From assembly GCF_964213995.1 (NCBI RefSeq), contig NC_135818.1, forward strand, positions 67,456,001-67,520,000: DNA of 64,000 nucleotides, read 5' to 3'. Of the stretch, positions 34,458 to 47,000 are shown in pieces. The position numbers and the translations under genes were made by a program. Origin of the DNA: Mustelus asterias. Lineage: Eukaryota. The stretch's first letter is position 1; each line of letters opens with the position of its first letter. The notes under the pieces were generated by a model that saw only the letters and a list, made by a program, of their open reading frames with translations, made no database searches and had not been told where the DNA came from.

Positions 34458-34990
34458 TGATTTGATTTATTATTGTCTCATGTACTGGGATACAATGAAA
34501 AGTATTGTTTCTCGTGCGCTATACAGGCAAAGCACACTGTTCATAAAGTACATGGGGGAGAAGGAAAGGATAGGGTGCAGAATATAGGCCGGAATATGTT
34601 TGCGAGTGGCAGGATTCGCCAGTCCCGCTGGCAGTGCAGCCCTGCCCATGGGATTTTCCAGTCCCGCCGGAGGCACACCCCCATCCGCGGGTTTCCCACC
34701 AGCGCGGGATGACGTCGATGGGAATTCCCATTGACAGCAGCGGGACCAGAGAATCCCGCCACTCGCAACCAACGCGCCACATTCCATTGGTGGGAAACAT
34801 GTGGCTGGGAGGCTGGAGAATCTCGTCCATAATGTTGCAGGTACAGGTAGGGTGAAGAAAAAGATCAGCTTAAAAATGATAGGACCATTCAAAAGTCTGA
34901 TGACAACAGGGAAGAAGCTGTTCTCGAGTCTGTTGGTATGCGTTTTCAGACTTTTGTATCTTTTTCCCGACGGAAGAAGGCGGAACAGAG
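34458..34990 (-). mobile_element. Rex1/Babar 3' fragment interrupted by a Harbinger-type MITE (34587-34829)
   Basis: LINE 3' UTR resumes after the insert. ATA is duplicated at the junctions and the TIRs are degenerate GGCCGGAAT/AATCTCGTCC. Confidence 0.7.
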
Positions 34991-35269
34991 TATATGCAGT
35001 CTAACGCAGAATGGGGGCACTCAGTAGTTCCTGACTACCAATTTGTCAGCCACGCTCCTGGAACAGCTTGGGTACAGACATCGATCACAGAAATTAGTGT
35101 GTTTGACTGTTTTAGTAGCCAGAAGTGAAGCACTGGTTAGGACCACTTTCTCTCCCATAATGTTGGTTTGGAATTCTATACTCCTGGACTGCATTTTCTT
35201 TGCTATCAGGAAATTATTCATGTCGAAAGAGTGAGATGCCTTCACCTAACAGTTTCTCTGCAAAAGCCA

Positions 35270-35445
35270 AGCCAGTTCAGACAGTACACTGGGTTTACGA
35301 TGAGGTGTTGACTGAGCCAATTCAGACAGAACACTGGGCTTACGATGAGGTGTTGACTGAGCCAATTCAGACAGTACACTGGGCTTGCGATGAGGTGTTG
35401 ACTGAGCCAATTCAGACAGTACACTGGGCTTACGATGAGGTGTTG
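35270..35445. repeat. 45-bp minisatellite, about 3.9 copies
   Basis: Unit AGCCAATTCAGACAGTACACTGGGCTTACGATGAGGTGTTGACTG starts at 35270, 35315, 35360 and 35405. Confidence 0.95.
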
Positions 35446-36631
35446 GCAGCTAATTGTCGATTATAATAGAACCAAAAATCAAGCTTGCATCATTATAAGG
35501 TCAATGATGCTCTCCCTGCCTACAAAAGATCCCTTGAGCTTTTGAATATGAAGGGGAGGAAAGACTGGAAACAATACTAGAAGCATGTGGAAAAGGTGAG
35601 CAAGTGGAGTAAATGTTAAATTGCAAATAGCCGGGATTGCAGATGTTCAATAGAACAAAAAATTCTTCACATGTCGTAACAGCAAGAGCACAGTCGGGGA
35701 ATAGCTGATGCTAGTGGGTTTGACACTGAGGATGAGTGGCATGTCGTTAACGAGTACATCACTAGAGAGTACCTTGTATCGATTAATTAATTAATTAATC
35801 CGAGCAATTAATCCCATGCAGATTTATAGACTTTGACATCAGTAACGTTGAGGTTGTAGATGTAATTAAAGGGCTCAAAGAATAATTTGCTAGAGGCAAG
35901 TAGTATCGATCCTATAATAATCAGGGCAACCAGGGGTGAGAAAATCAAGTATTTTTCTGGAGGTCCATAACTGGTGCAACCAATAGGCAAACAAGACAGT
36001 CGCCAAAAGTGGCAAAATTTGGTTGGGGGCGGGGAGGGGCCAGCAAAAAACCGAATGAACGATTCATGAAACTTTGTAAGTAACAAACAAGTTTCAGCAG
36101 TGTATTTGCCGATATACATCCACATATACTGATGTTTCTATATATAGATTTCGATGTATTTACAGTGCAGTCTTTCCCCAAATCTCATGCTATATTGCTC
36201 AAGACAGTTTTACAAATTTATCCATCTATGTGACTATTCCAAAACCGCGAACCAGTAAATAATATCAACTAACCCACTCTATCGTCATGATTACTGATGG
36301 TCTAAATTGCCCATCAACCCATTTGCAGGGAAATATTATGACATTACGTGAGCCATATTACACAATATAGTGTGCATTTCTTCCAGTATTTAGCCTGTCG
36401 GAAAGCGTAGAACAATGAGAATGTACAATCAAAGTCATAACATCCTCCTTTTCCGTGTGAAATAAATCTAATCAGAAATGCAGAGATTTTTATTCGTACA
36501 TTCACTCGTGAAGGTTAATTGTGGGGGAGCAGAAATCTGAAGATTCACCTCCCGCTCCTAATATTCTTGCATTGGTTCTGGGGAGGGTCCTGTTGGCTTG
36601 GGAGAAAATGCTGATATAGTGCCCATATAAA

Positions 36632-36762
36632 ATTCCGATGAAAGATCACTGACCTGAAATATTAAGAGTTTGGGCTTCATCCGTGGAGACAGAAAGCATT
36701 GTGTGTTTTCAGCATTTTCTGTTTTATTTAAGGCCTCCAGCATCTATATTATTTTGCTTTCC
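36632..36762 (+). mobile_element. Degenerate Penelope-like pseudo-LTR with hammerhead relic
   Basis: CCGATGAAAGATCACTGACCTGAAAT..CAGCATTTTCTGTTTTATTT. Confidence 0.5.
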
Positions 36763-37149
36763 TTTACGTATGTTGTCGAACTCATTTTGTAATTTCCAAG
36801 ATTCTTTTGGGAGATGTTACTGGAAAGCTTTTCAGCCATCACCGTAACCATGGTGATTCCATTTACAATTACTTTATAAGTCTTTCGTTGCTCTGAACTG
36901 TGGACACTGACCTCCATTTATCAATCTCCTGTATTGACACCACTGAACTGGTCTTGTCTCAGTGTGAGCTTGCCTGAGGCTGGTTCAGCAAGGTTGGCCT
37001 ATATCTCTCCCTCTTTCCATGTCCCCTCTGTTTTTTTTCTGTTGCTAGCTTCCTAAATTTCCATTGCCCTTGTGGTTTCTCTCCTACATTTTTGTTACTC
37101 CCCGGAATCCCTTACTCTTCATGTCCTCAATTTTCTTTGTTCCGATAAT

Positions 37150-37480
37150 CATAGAAACCCTACAGTGCAGAAGGGGGCCATTCGGCCCATCGAGTCTGCA
37201 CCAGCAACAATCCCACCGAGGTCTTATCCCGGTAACCCCATGTATTTACGCCGCCAATCCCTCTAACCTAGGCATCCCAGGACACTAAGGGGCAATTTAG
37301 CAAGGCCAAAGCACCAAACTCGCACGTCTTTGGACTGTGGGAGGAAACTGGAGCACCCGGAGGAAACCCATGCAGACACAGGGCGAATGTGCAAACTCCA
37401 CACAGACAGTGACCCAAGCCGGGAATCAAACCCAGGTCCCTGGAGCTGTGAGGCAGCAGTGCTAACCACTGTGCCACTGT
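37150..37480 (-). mobile_element. HE1-like SINE
   Basis: Reverse-complement match to SINE consensus. Confidence 0.88.
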
Positions 37481-38512
37481 ACCGCCCCCTCACTGCCCCT
37501 GTTACTGTGTTTTTCCAGTCATCATTTCCAACTGTATCCTTTCTTTCCCTCAAGTGAGTGATCTCCAGCTGCTGCCTACTTTTCCATCCTCCTACTAAGA
37601 GACTCCTCCACTCCCTTGAACAGCTAATCAGTACGCTGTATAAAACGCTCCTCTAGGACTCTACACACATGATCAATGCACAATTAGAAACTTATGAAGA
37701 TGAAAGAGTTGAGTCGGAGATTATGTGGTTAGGGTGTGGGGTCCCCTGGGGTCAGGATTTGCTGCAGCCATAGGATTCACAGGTGGGTGATTCCACCTCA
37801 GAGGCTGTGTTTGCAGCCACTATACTGCTTCATTCTGGAATCTTCCCTCACTGCTCCCTCCCCTCCATCTTACTGCCTGTCTCCCTGCTTTAAAGCTTCT
37901 GCTTAAAAGTGTTTCCCCTTGGCTAAGTTCAGAGAGACCACAGAGAGGAATCTTGTGTCCTCCCCTGTGGCAAGTTTGGTGGTGGAGGGGCATTTAATTG
38001 GGCGGGTGGTAGCAGGTAGGGACCTACCCTCCCTGCTGCCAGCTGGGGTGCCACCGATTAATGCCCACTTATGGGCCTCATCCTGCCACCAGTGTTATTA
38101 TCACGATAGTAGGCAGGGGTGAGTCACATGTGGGGAGCATGACAAGCAAACACAAGCAAACAAACTTGTGGGATCCCGGGGCTGGTGGAGATCCCTTGTT
38201 CCATGTGCCTGATGGAGGGAACCAGTGCTCTGGCCTTGCTGCCAAACCATCTTCCCCCCCCCCTGTTCCCTTTCCTGGCATCAATCACTGATGCCTGGAT
38301 TCCTCCTTGATCCTGGCCTTGGGTGGTTTGTTGGACTGACAGCGGCCATTGCCTTCCAGTGGTGCTGCTCAGTATAGAAGGGCTGCAGGCCTCTATTTGA
38401 CTGGCAGCTCTCGTCAGATGGGGACTTCCACCCTGGGGGTCTGTAATCCTGGGGGAAGGCCTTTGCTGGCCAGTTGCCTGAGTGAAACAAGATGATGCAG
38501 TACCATGGAACC

Positions 38513-38833
38513 ATAGAATCCCTACAGTGCAGAAGGAGGCCATTCAGCCCACCGAGTCTGCACCGACAACAATCCCACCCAGGCCCTATCCCCATATCCT
38601 ATGTGGTTACCCTGCTAATCCCCCTGATGCTAATGGTCAATTTAGCATAGCCAATCAACCCAACCCGCACATGTTTGGAGTGTGGGAGGAAATAGGAGCA
38701 CCCGGAGGAAACCCATGCAGACAGGGGGAGAACATGCAAACTCCACACAGACAGTGACCCGAGGTCAGATTTGAACCCGGGTTACTGGCGCTGTGAGGCT
38801 GCAGTGCAAACCACTGTGCCAACGTGTCACCCG
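38513..38833 (-). mobile_element. HE1-like SINE nested in a Harbinger-like repeat (~37940-38925)
   Basis: SINE consensus match; the flank ends in AAAATCCTGCCC. Confidence 0.8.
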
Positions 38834-38984
38834 TGCTATAGTAAGCCTCCCCAAAGTGGAGGTATTGCCCCCTTTCCAGCTGACAGCTTTTAGACCCCCC
38901 ATCACCTCCACAAAATCCTGCCCATTCTTTCTACTTTCCCCTTCTGTTTTCTGAACCCCTTTTCCTTTCTAGCCTGTGACAAGA

Positions 38985-39670
38985 CATGACTTTGCCCCAC
39001 CTCAGCTCATACGCTGCTGCAACCCTCATCCATGCCTCTGTTAACCTTTAAGTCTGACTATTTCAATGATCTCCTGGCCAGTTTCCTATCTTGTAGCCAA
39101 AAGAGAAAATGCTGGAAAATCTCAGCAGGTCTGGCAGCACCTATAAGTAGAGAAAAGAGCTGATGTTTCGAGTCCAGATGCTGAGATTTTCCAGCATTTT
39201 CTCTTTCGGTTTCAGATTCCAGCATCCGCAGTAATTTGCTTTTATTCGTATCTTGTAGGCTTTATAAATTTGAACTCAACCAAAACGCTCATCAAGCCCC
39301 AGTCATCCATCTTTTCTCCCAGTCTGTAATTTAAAAACTCTCATCCTTGCTTTCAAATCCTTCCATAGCCTCACTCCCCCCTCTAACCTCCTTCAGCCCC
39401 ACAAACCTTCAGGATCCCTGCACTTGTGTTTCACTGGTTTTAATCGCTCCAGTATTGGCATCCATGCCATCAGTTCCCGAGGCTCCAAGGTTTGGAATGC
39501 TTCTCCTAAAACTCTGTCTCATCTTTTTAAAGACAATCTTCACTCTCCAAACATTTGATCATCTGTCCTAATGTCTCCCTTCCTAATGCGGCTTGGTGTC
39601 AAACCTTTGTCTAATCTCTCATGTGAGGTGTCCTGAGATGTTTCATTATATTGAAGGCTCTGTATAAATG
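38985..39670 (+). mobile_element. L2 LINE 3' relic
   Basis: LSSYAAATLIHASV..DYFNDLLA resembles the L2 motif AAETLIHAFVTSRLDYSNALLAG. Confidence 0.65.
39097..39248. mobile_element. Penelope-like inverted pseudo-LTR insert with a 10-bp TSD
   Basis: Perfect 28-bp inverted repeat 39100-39127 / 39179-39206. TATCTTGTAG at 39087-39096 and 39249-39258. Confidence 0.8.
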
Positions 39671-39877
39671 TTTGTGGTCTTTGTAAAACACTGAAACTGT
39701 GTCTTTCTGGGTGTGGGGAGTGACATATGAATGCCAGCTACTTTGTAAAAAGCCATGTAGCGTGGCAGTTTGTACGACAGGACACTTACAAATCTGAATG
39801 AAGACACTTGCGCTCCACATTCCTGCCAGTATTTAGTAATATAGCCAAAATTGTCCTATGTTACTGAATATAGAGTC

Positions 39878-40808
39878 TTCGGCCCAACTTGTCGATGCTG
39901 CTCTTTTTTTAACCCACAAAGCTAGTCTCAATTGCCCGTATTTGGCCCATGACCCTCTACACCCATCTTACCCATGTAACTGTCTGAATGCTTTTTAAAA
40001 GACAAATTGTACCCGCCTCTACTACTACCTCTGGCAGCTTGTTCCAAACACTCACCACCCTCTGTGTGAAAGAATTGCCCCTCTGGACCCTTTGGTATCT
40101 CTTCCATCTCACCTTAAGCCTCTGTCTGCTAGTTTTAGTCTCCCCTACCTTTGGGAAAAGATGTTGACTATCTATCTGATCTATGCCCCTCATTATTTTA
40201 CAGACCTTTATAAGATTACCCCTAAGCTTCCTGCGCTCCAGGGAAAAAAGTCCCAGTCTATCAAGCCTCTTCTTATAACTCAAACCATCAAGTCCCAGTA
40301 ATTTCCGAGTAAGTCTTTTCTGCACTTTTTCTAGTTTAATAATATCCTTTCTATAATAGGGTGACAGGAACTGTACACAGTATTCCAAGTGTGGCCTTGC
40401 CAATGTCTTATACAACTTCAACAAAACGTCCTAACTCCTGTATTCAATGTTCTGACCAATGAAACCAAGCATGCCGAATGCTTTCTTCACCACTCTGTCC
40501 ACCTGTGACTCCACTTTCAAGGAGCTATGAACCTGTACTCCTAGATGCCTACAACTCTCCCCAACGCCCTACCATTAATTGAGTAAATCCTGCCCTGATT
40601 TGATCTATGAAAATGCATCACCTCACATTTACCTAAATTAAACTCCATCTGCCATTCGTCAGCCCACTGGCCCAATTGATCAAGATCCTGTTGCAATCCT
40701 ACATAACCTTCTTCACTGTCCACTATGTCACCAATCTTGGTGTCATCTGCAAACTTACTTACCATGCCTCCTAAATTCTCATCCAAATCATTAATATAAA
40801 TGACAAAT
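39878..40808 (-). mobile_element. CR1 LINE 3' fragment
   Basis: IYINDLDENLGGMVSKFADDTKIG; RPHLEYCVQF. Confidence 0.92.
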
Positions 40809-40992
40809 ATATTCTGATCAGAAAATTTAAAAAGAATAATAGACCTTGAATGAAAGGCTAAAGTTGCATAAAGATTCAGTGTTGCGGTTGGATAACTCAT
40901 GCAAGATAAAATCCCAATAAAGTCAGAAACTGCACGCTACAAAGGAAGCAAATGTGACATAAGGGAGCTGCCACTAAGGATCCCACTACTAA

Positions 40993-41320
40993 GGGGTGAC
41001 ACGGTGGCACAGTGGTTAGTCCTGCTGCCTCACAGCCCCAGGAACCCAGGTTCGATTCTGACCTTGGGTGACTGTGTGGAGTTTGCACCTTCTCCCCATG
41101 TCTGCATGGGTTTCCTCCGGGTGCTCCAGTTTCCGCCCACACTCTAAAGATGTGCAGGTTATGTTGATTGGCCATGCTAAAAAAAAATTGCCCTTTCGTG
41201 TTGGGCGGGGGTATCAGGGTAAATACGTAAATACAAGGATAGGGCCTGGGTGGGATTGTTGTCGGTGCAGGCTTGGTGGGCTGAATGGCCTCCTTCTGTA
41301 CTGTAGGGATTCTATGATCC
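40993..41320 (+). mobile_element. HE1-like SINE
   Basis: Match to SINE consensus. Confidence 0.88.
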
Positions 41321-42589
41321 CTCACATTTCTATTTCTCAGAACTTTTGGGGCTTCAAGTGAAGATTGGACGAAGTGAAACTCTCTGACTCTATTTCATTC
41401 TAATGCTGCCTATTGCCTTCTTTCATTCCTCTTTCTTTGTCCTCACTCCTTTAGATCTCAGCGTTAAAGGCTCAGAGCGCTGGCCCCATTGTGTCCCAAA
41501 CCACATTGACCTCAGTTTTTCACAATGTGTACAGTAAACCTGAGTGGTGAGGGCAGGGGGGGTGGGGGGTGAAAAATCTTACCATCGAGCGCACACTGCG
41601 ATCGTTGTTCAAAAGGTTTCCAAATCAAATTTAAAGGCAGCAATTTTCTCATCACAAGTAATCATGGATTGCTGCTGAAGACAAGTATAACATTCAGGAA
41701 TGTGACTTTGGCATCACACAGCAAGCGGAGAATTGCTTCAATTAGCTGCAGCTGTCATTTATAAAGTGATTGCTTTGCATGGGAACAGTGTGGTTCCCTG
41801 CCTTCCCAGTGTAGCTTTTCTATTCTGGCCTTCAAATGGAAACACTAGTTGAGCTGCTTTGAGTGTGCTGAGTTTTAGCTACAAAATTAGCTATCTCTCA
41901 GCATTGAAGTGTGGCTACATTCAATGGCTCCAGATTTTGTGCTCAACAGCAATGGCCGGGAACGCCTTATGGATCTTTTAGCCTGGTGTTTTCCATTAAT
42001 ATTATGCAGATGAAATTTGTGTTATTCTGCGCAATAAAACACACTGAAGATAGATAGAGGGTGGCATTTAATCCTTGGCAACTGGGGCCTTGTTCGCCAG
42101 TTAGAGAATATATGGGAGCCCTGCTTCAGTTACATTGGGGAGGACCTTCCTGCGATTCAGGACCTCGGGGTGGAATTCATGTCTGCCAAGTGCTGCCAGC
42201 CAGTCAGAGTCCTCTGCTGGCAATGCCACTGGGAGCAGCAGCTGCAGCTGGGTGAAGAAGGGGGTCAGAAGAAAAGGCTAGAGGATGGCTTATGGCAACC
42301 CTCCTGTTAGCAACCCTAGCCCTCCCACACCATCCCAAAGTCAGGTCCCTTGATCCTTGAACAAAGAACCCCTCTGGCAAGTTGCAAGCAACCTCCCCCG
42401 CGTGGTGAGTCCCCTGCCAGCTGCTGGTTGATTACCTACGGCAATAGGGTGAGGCTTTTTAAGTGGGTATTAATTGCCACTCTTGTTAACCAAAGGTCTC
42501 AGTGTTGCCCAAATGTTTCTGTTCAGAAGGACCTTTCCCCCACCCTATCCCCGTAACTCCACACATTTAACTTGGCTAATCTATCTAAG

Positions 42590-42903
42590 GGGGTGGCACG
42601 GTGGCACAGTGGTTAGCATTGCTGCCTCACAGTGCCAGGGACGCGGGTTCAATTCTGGCCTCGGGTCACTGTCTGCGTGAAGCTGCATGTTCTCCCCGTG
42701 TCTGCGTGGGTTTCCTCCAGGTGCTCCAGCTTCCTCCCACACTCCTAAGTTAGGTTGATCGACCATGCTAAATTGTCCTGTAGTGTCAGGGGGATTAGTA
42801 GGGTAAATGTGTAGGGTTATGGGGATAGTGCCTGGGTGGGATTGTTCTCGGTACAGGCTCGATGGGCCGAATGGCCTCCTTCTGGATTGTAGGGATTCGA
42901 TGA
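42590..42903 (+). mobile_element. HE1-like SINE
   Basis: Match to SINE consensus. Confidence 0.88.
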
Positions 42904-43473
42904 CACAGCTGGATTGGCCTCCCTATGGACACATCCCTGCTTTCCATAATAATGGAGAAGGTGTAAGAACAGTGTGTATAGTTGGATTCCAGTGTGGCTT
43001 CAAGGGCAAAGACAGCACACATCTATTTACAGTGGACCATTAGCTGATTGGTACAGTGTGCATCTGTTACCTTTAGTGCTATGGCTGAGGGCAATGAGTT
43101 CTGCAGGAACTTTTGGCACAAGTTCCTGTTGGCAAGATCAACACAGAAGCCAATGTAAATTTTGACCTATTTTCTACATAAATGGGATTAATGAAATCTA
43201 AGTCAAGGTTTCTGATTTACATAAAACAATTTGTGAAATGTATAAAAAGGTTAATGCAGCCTATTAAGAGAACTAAGCAATTCATATCACAAGCCACAAT
43301 TTTGGGTCACATCCAATGATGTAATTGCCATAACATAGGTCAACATGGCCATAGCTAATTTAAATTCATATAATAGGTATTTAGTTATATAATTATATAG
43401 CACATTTCCTCCCTCACTGTATGTGGGTAAACAGCACTGCCTCAAGTTTGTGTGCTGAAGAACCATTGTGATG

Positions 43474-43970
43474 CACGGTGGCACAGTGCTTCGCACTGCT
43501 GCCTCACAGCGCCAGGGACCTGGATTCAATTCCTGGCTGGGGTCACTGTCTGTGTGGAGTTTGCACATTCTCCCGTGGGTTTCCTCCGGTTGCTCCAGTT
43601 TCCTCCCACAGTCTGAGAGATGTGCTGGTTAGGTGCATTGGCCATGCTAAATTCTCCTTTGGTGTACCTGAACAGGCGCCGGAGTGTGGCGACTAGGGGA
43701 TTTTCACAGTAATTTCATTGCAATGTTAATGTAAGCTGCCATCTCGCTTTTGAGTGGGCTTACCTCGCATTAAGTTGATCCTTCTGTACATCATAGCTAT
43801 AACTGGATCACTACATTCTCCATTCTCTCCTTTCCTTCTCTATGAACAGTATGCTTTGTCTGTATGGTGCTCAAGAAACAATACTTTTAATTGTATACTA
43901 ATACATGTGACAATAATAAATCAAATCAAATCAAATTAAATCAAAATTGTGACACCAGTAAATAAACTTC
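43474..43970 (+). mobile_element. Type B SINE with a Rex1/Babar 3' fragment (~43736-43945) inserted in its tail
   Basis: The tail GTAAGC|...|TTGTGACACCAGTAAATAAAC is split by a LINE 3' UTR ending in (AAATC)n. Confidence 0.8.
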
Positions 43971-44935
43971 GAAATGTAAAGTTATATGTATATTTAATTA
44001 ATTACATAGAATAGTTTCTGAGTTGGTTAAGTCACTATTTGTACCTAAAGTAAATACATACCATACTATCAGAATTTATCTATTAAATTTAATCTCTAAT
44101 ACTTAGTTTTTCAGGCTCATCAAGCTCTGTGGGTCTATGAATTAGGAAACAAGTATCTGACTGGAAATAGAATCCAGACCATGGTGATCGGCAGCCTTTA
44201 CTGTGAGGTGAATAAAATGATATTGCTCATAATTGCATCAATTTTGTCATTAACTTTGAACCACTTGTCTGGGGAGGAGATGGCCTGGTGGTAATGTCAC
44301 TGGACTAGTAATCCAGAGGCCCAAGTTAATGATTTGGGGTCACGGCTTCAAAACCCCAGCACGGCAGCCGGTGAAACGTAAAGTCAATGAATGCATCTAG
44401 AATTAAATGAGGCATTCCAGCCAAAACTCCATTCACTTTCACCAGAGAATCTCAGCCATCATCAAGGATGGAAGATTTCAGCCAATGGGTGAAAATTGGG
44501 TGGAGTGAATTACATGCGTAAGGCACTTGCTCCCGAGTTTCCGTGATCTTTTACATTGGATACATGTTTCATGTCACGATGGTAAGATTCTCTGAGGGAA
44601 AATACCCCGCTCACTCTCCAATTAGATTATTTTAAAAGTAGCATTATGGATGTGGTCATTCTTCAATGTTTTGTGACAATTGCAAACACATTTGTCAATT
44701 CTGAGTTTTTATCTGTATCCATGCTATTTGGCTGGCAATACTTTCCGTTATGGCAGAGATTGCCCCTGCCAATGATGTAGAAGGCTCAGGTTTAACATCC
44801 TGATTTAGAGGGAGATTACGTTCAGATATAAAGAGTTGTTGCCTCAGGAATGAGGGCAGGTGAAAATACTTTGTGTGGCGACCTAAATGATTGGGCAAGA
44901 TAGATGATGGATGTTTATTCACTCATTTCTTTCAG

Positions 44936-44971
44936 ACTTCATGAGGGAAAGTTTCGACCGTTGGAATCAAG
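44936..44971 (+). other. Candidate 36-nt exon of an unidentified host gene
   Basis: Acceptor TTTATTCACTCATTTCTTTCAG| and donor AAG|GTAAGT; frame-preserving; two open frames. Confidence 0.4.
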
Positions 44972-46569
44972 GTAAGTGTGGAGTTCTTCCTTGAAGTCAG
45001 GCTAATCCCTTTCTTTATTGCTGTTTTAGAGTGTCGATGTTTTATTCACTGTAGCCTTTAGAAGAATAAATCAATATGGATGCCAATATGAGGGTGGAAA
45101 TGGAGGCAGGCAGGTGGAATTTCCCAACACCAGCCGGTGTTCAGGTTGCCCACCACAGTCCTGACCCCGACCACATTCCTAAGGAATAGTTACTTGCCTG
45201 CAAGTGGCAGGTAGCTTGTTATAATTGATTAAAAGGATAATCAAGGCCATTGATCAGAAGATGACTGGAATTTTTCAGTCAGGGCAATGCCAGGGCATTG
45301 GGAGCTTGGCAGAGGCCTGGAGATAGTTTCCCAGTTGCAGACAGGTGGACCAACTCTCCAGGATAACTTTATGGTCTCCCCTCCGACTTGATTACAATTG
45401 CAGCCGCAGGCCACCCTGTAGAAGGCTACTCCCCGTACAATGGTGATCCAGCAGTTGTGGCCATATTTTATTTCCAATGTCTCAAAAAGGTTGACAAGGC
45501 GCCTCGAGATGGGAGGCACCTTCCCTCTCTCCCTCAGCTGTAATGGCAAGTTGCAGTTTCTTCGACACCAAAGGGCTTCGAATGGACCTCCAGCTTCAAG
45601 AGCCAATCTTAATTGGCCAACCATGCAAAGAAATGCAGTCTGGTTGCTGCTCCTTCTATGACACGGGATCAGGACCGATATTTGATGTCCACATCAGGGC
45701 CTGAATGCAAACGGAAATTCCTGCCCATGGAGTAACTTAATTTAGTAACTGTTAGAGCGGCACAAAATAAGCTTGCCCAATGAGAGATGTGTGGCAGCAG
45801 ATTAAAGCCCGCATTTACAGTCTGGACAGGGGTTATGTAGGTCCAGAAGACAGGCCTCGATTTGTTGTCATCCATGGATGCGGCCTATCCTTTGCTGTAA
45901 TAAAGCAATACCAGTGGACTGGCCTTGGAGAGGTTATTGAAGTAACATAGGACAAGGGGTAAGGAATCTGTTAAATAGAACATAATTGCACCAGATACTG
46001 TTAGCTTGGCAAATAAATCTTTCTCCAATCTGCTCAAAACAATGTGTTGCTATGGTAACAGTTACCTTGTGTGTAGAATCCATTCACCTAGATGTGTGCT
46101 TAAAAATGTTTTCCGATTGTCAGTGAGGCTGTGTAGTTCGAAGATATAGTAGAATATCACGATTTCAGTAATGAAATCAGACAGAAGGAACCATTTCTGG
46201 TCTCAGCCCAGTTCTCAGGATTTCAGGTGCCAAACTGTGTAGATTTTCTGCTTGAAGACATTTTCACCCATTCCCCTGCACCAGGGAATCTCCCTGGTTT
46301 AGTGTAAGAGTCACTGCTGTAATTACGTTCTTATGAATTTAAAAGGGTGTCCCATTTCAGACTGGGAAACACAGAGGGTGAAGAAGGCTGAGTGATCTTG
46401 CATAAACCTTCCTCTCCCCAAATCTACTGCAATGGCACATGTTCTTGCTTGGGGATGGGGGGCAGGGGATGCAGGGAGAGAAGAGCAATATATCTTTGCC
46501 AGAGTCCCATTACTATATTACATAAAGACCATAAGAAAAGGACAACTTTTCATTGATCCGTTCGCAGTA

Positions 46570-47000
46570 TCTGGGCATCACTGGTTAGGCCAGTATTTAT
46601 TGTCCATTCCTAGGACAGGTGATGGTGAGCTGCCTTCTTGAATCTGTAGTCCATGTGGTGTAGGTACATCCACACTGCTGTTAGGGAAGGAGTTCCAGGA
46701 TTTTGACCCAGTGACAGTGAAGGAACAGCAATATGGTTCCAAGTCAGGATGGTGGGTGGCTTGGAGGGGAATTTGCCGGTGGTGTTCCCATCATCTACTG
46801 CCCTTGTCCTTCTAGGTGGTAGAGGTGCTGCCAAAGGAGCCTTGAGTTGCTACAGTGCATCTTGTAGAGATGCCACTGTGCGTCAGTGATGGAAGAAGTG
46901 AATGGTTAAGATAATGAAGGGGGTGCTGATCAAGTGGGCTCCTTTGTCTGGATGACCTTTCCTCACATGAACCGTGTGTGGAGCCTTCATACTGCACAGA
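46570..47000 (-). mobile_element. CR1-clade LINE 3' relic of a second lineage (tail shared with type C SINE)
   Basis: Translates to ..RFKKAAHHHL; 3' end resembles GGATGGGCAATAAATGCTGGCC. Confidence 0.6.

Noticed and set aside
35270-35445. CRISPR-like array
   Set aside because: Units are head-to-tail with no unique spacers, there are no cas genes, and the DNA is vertebrate
35781-35800. Perfect 20-bp palindrome GATTAATTAATTAATTAATC
   Set aside because: A simple (TTAA)n microsatellite is intrinsically palindromic
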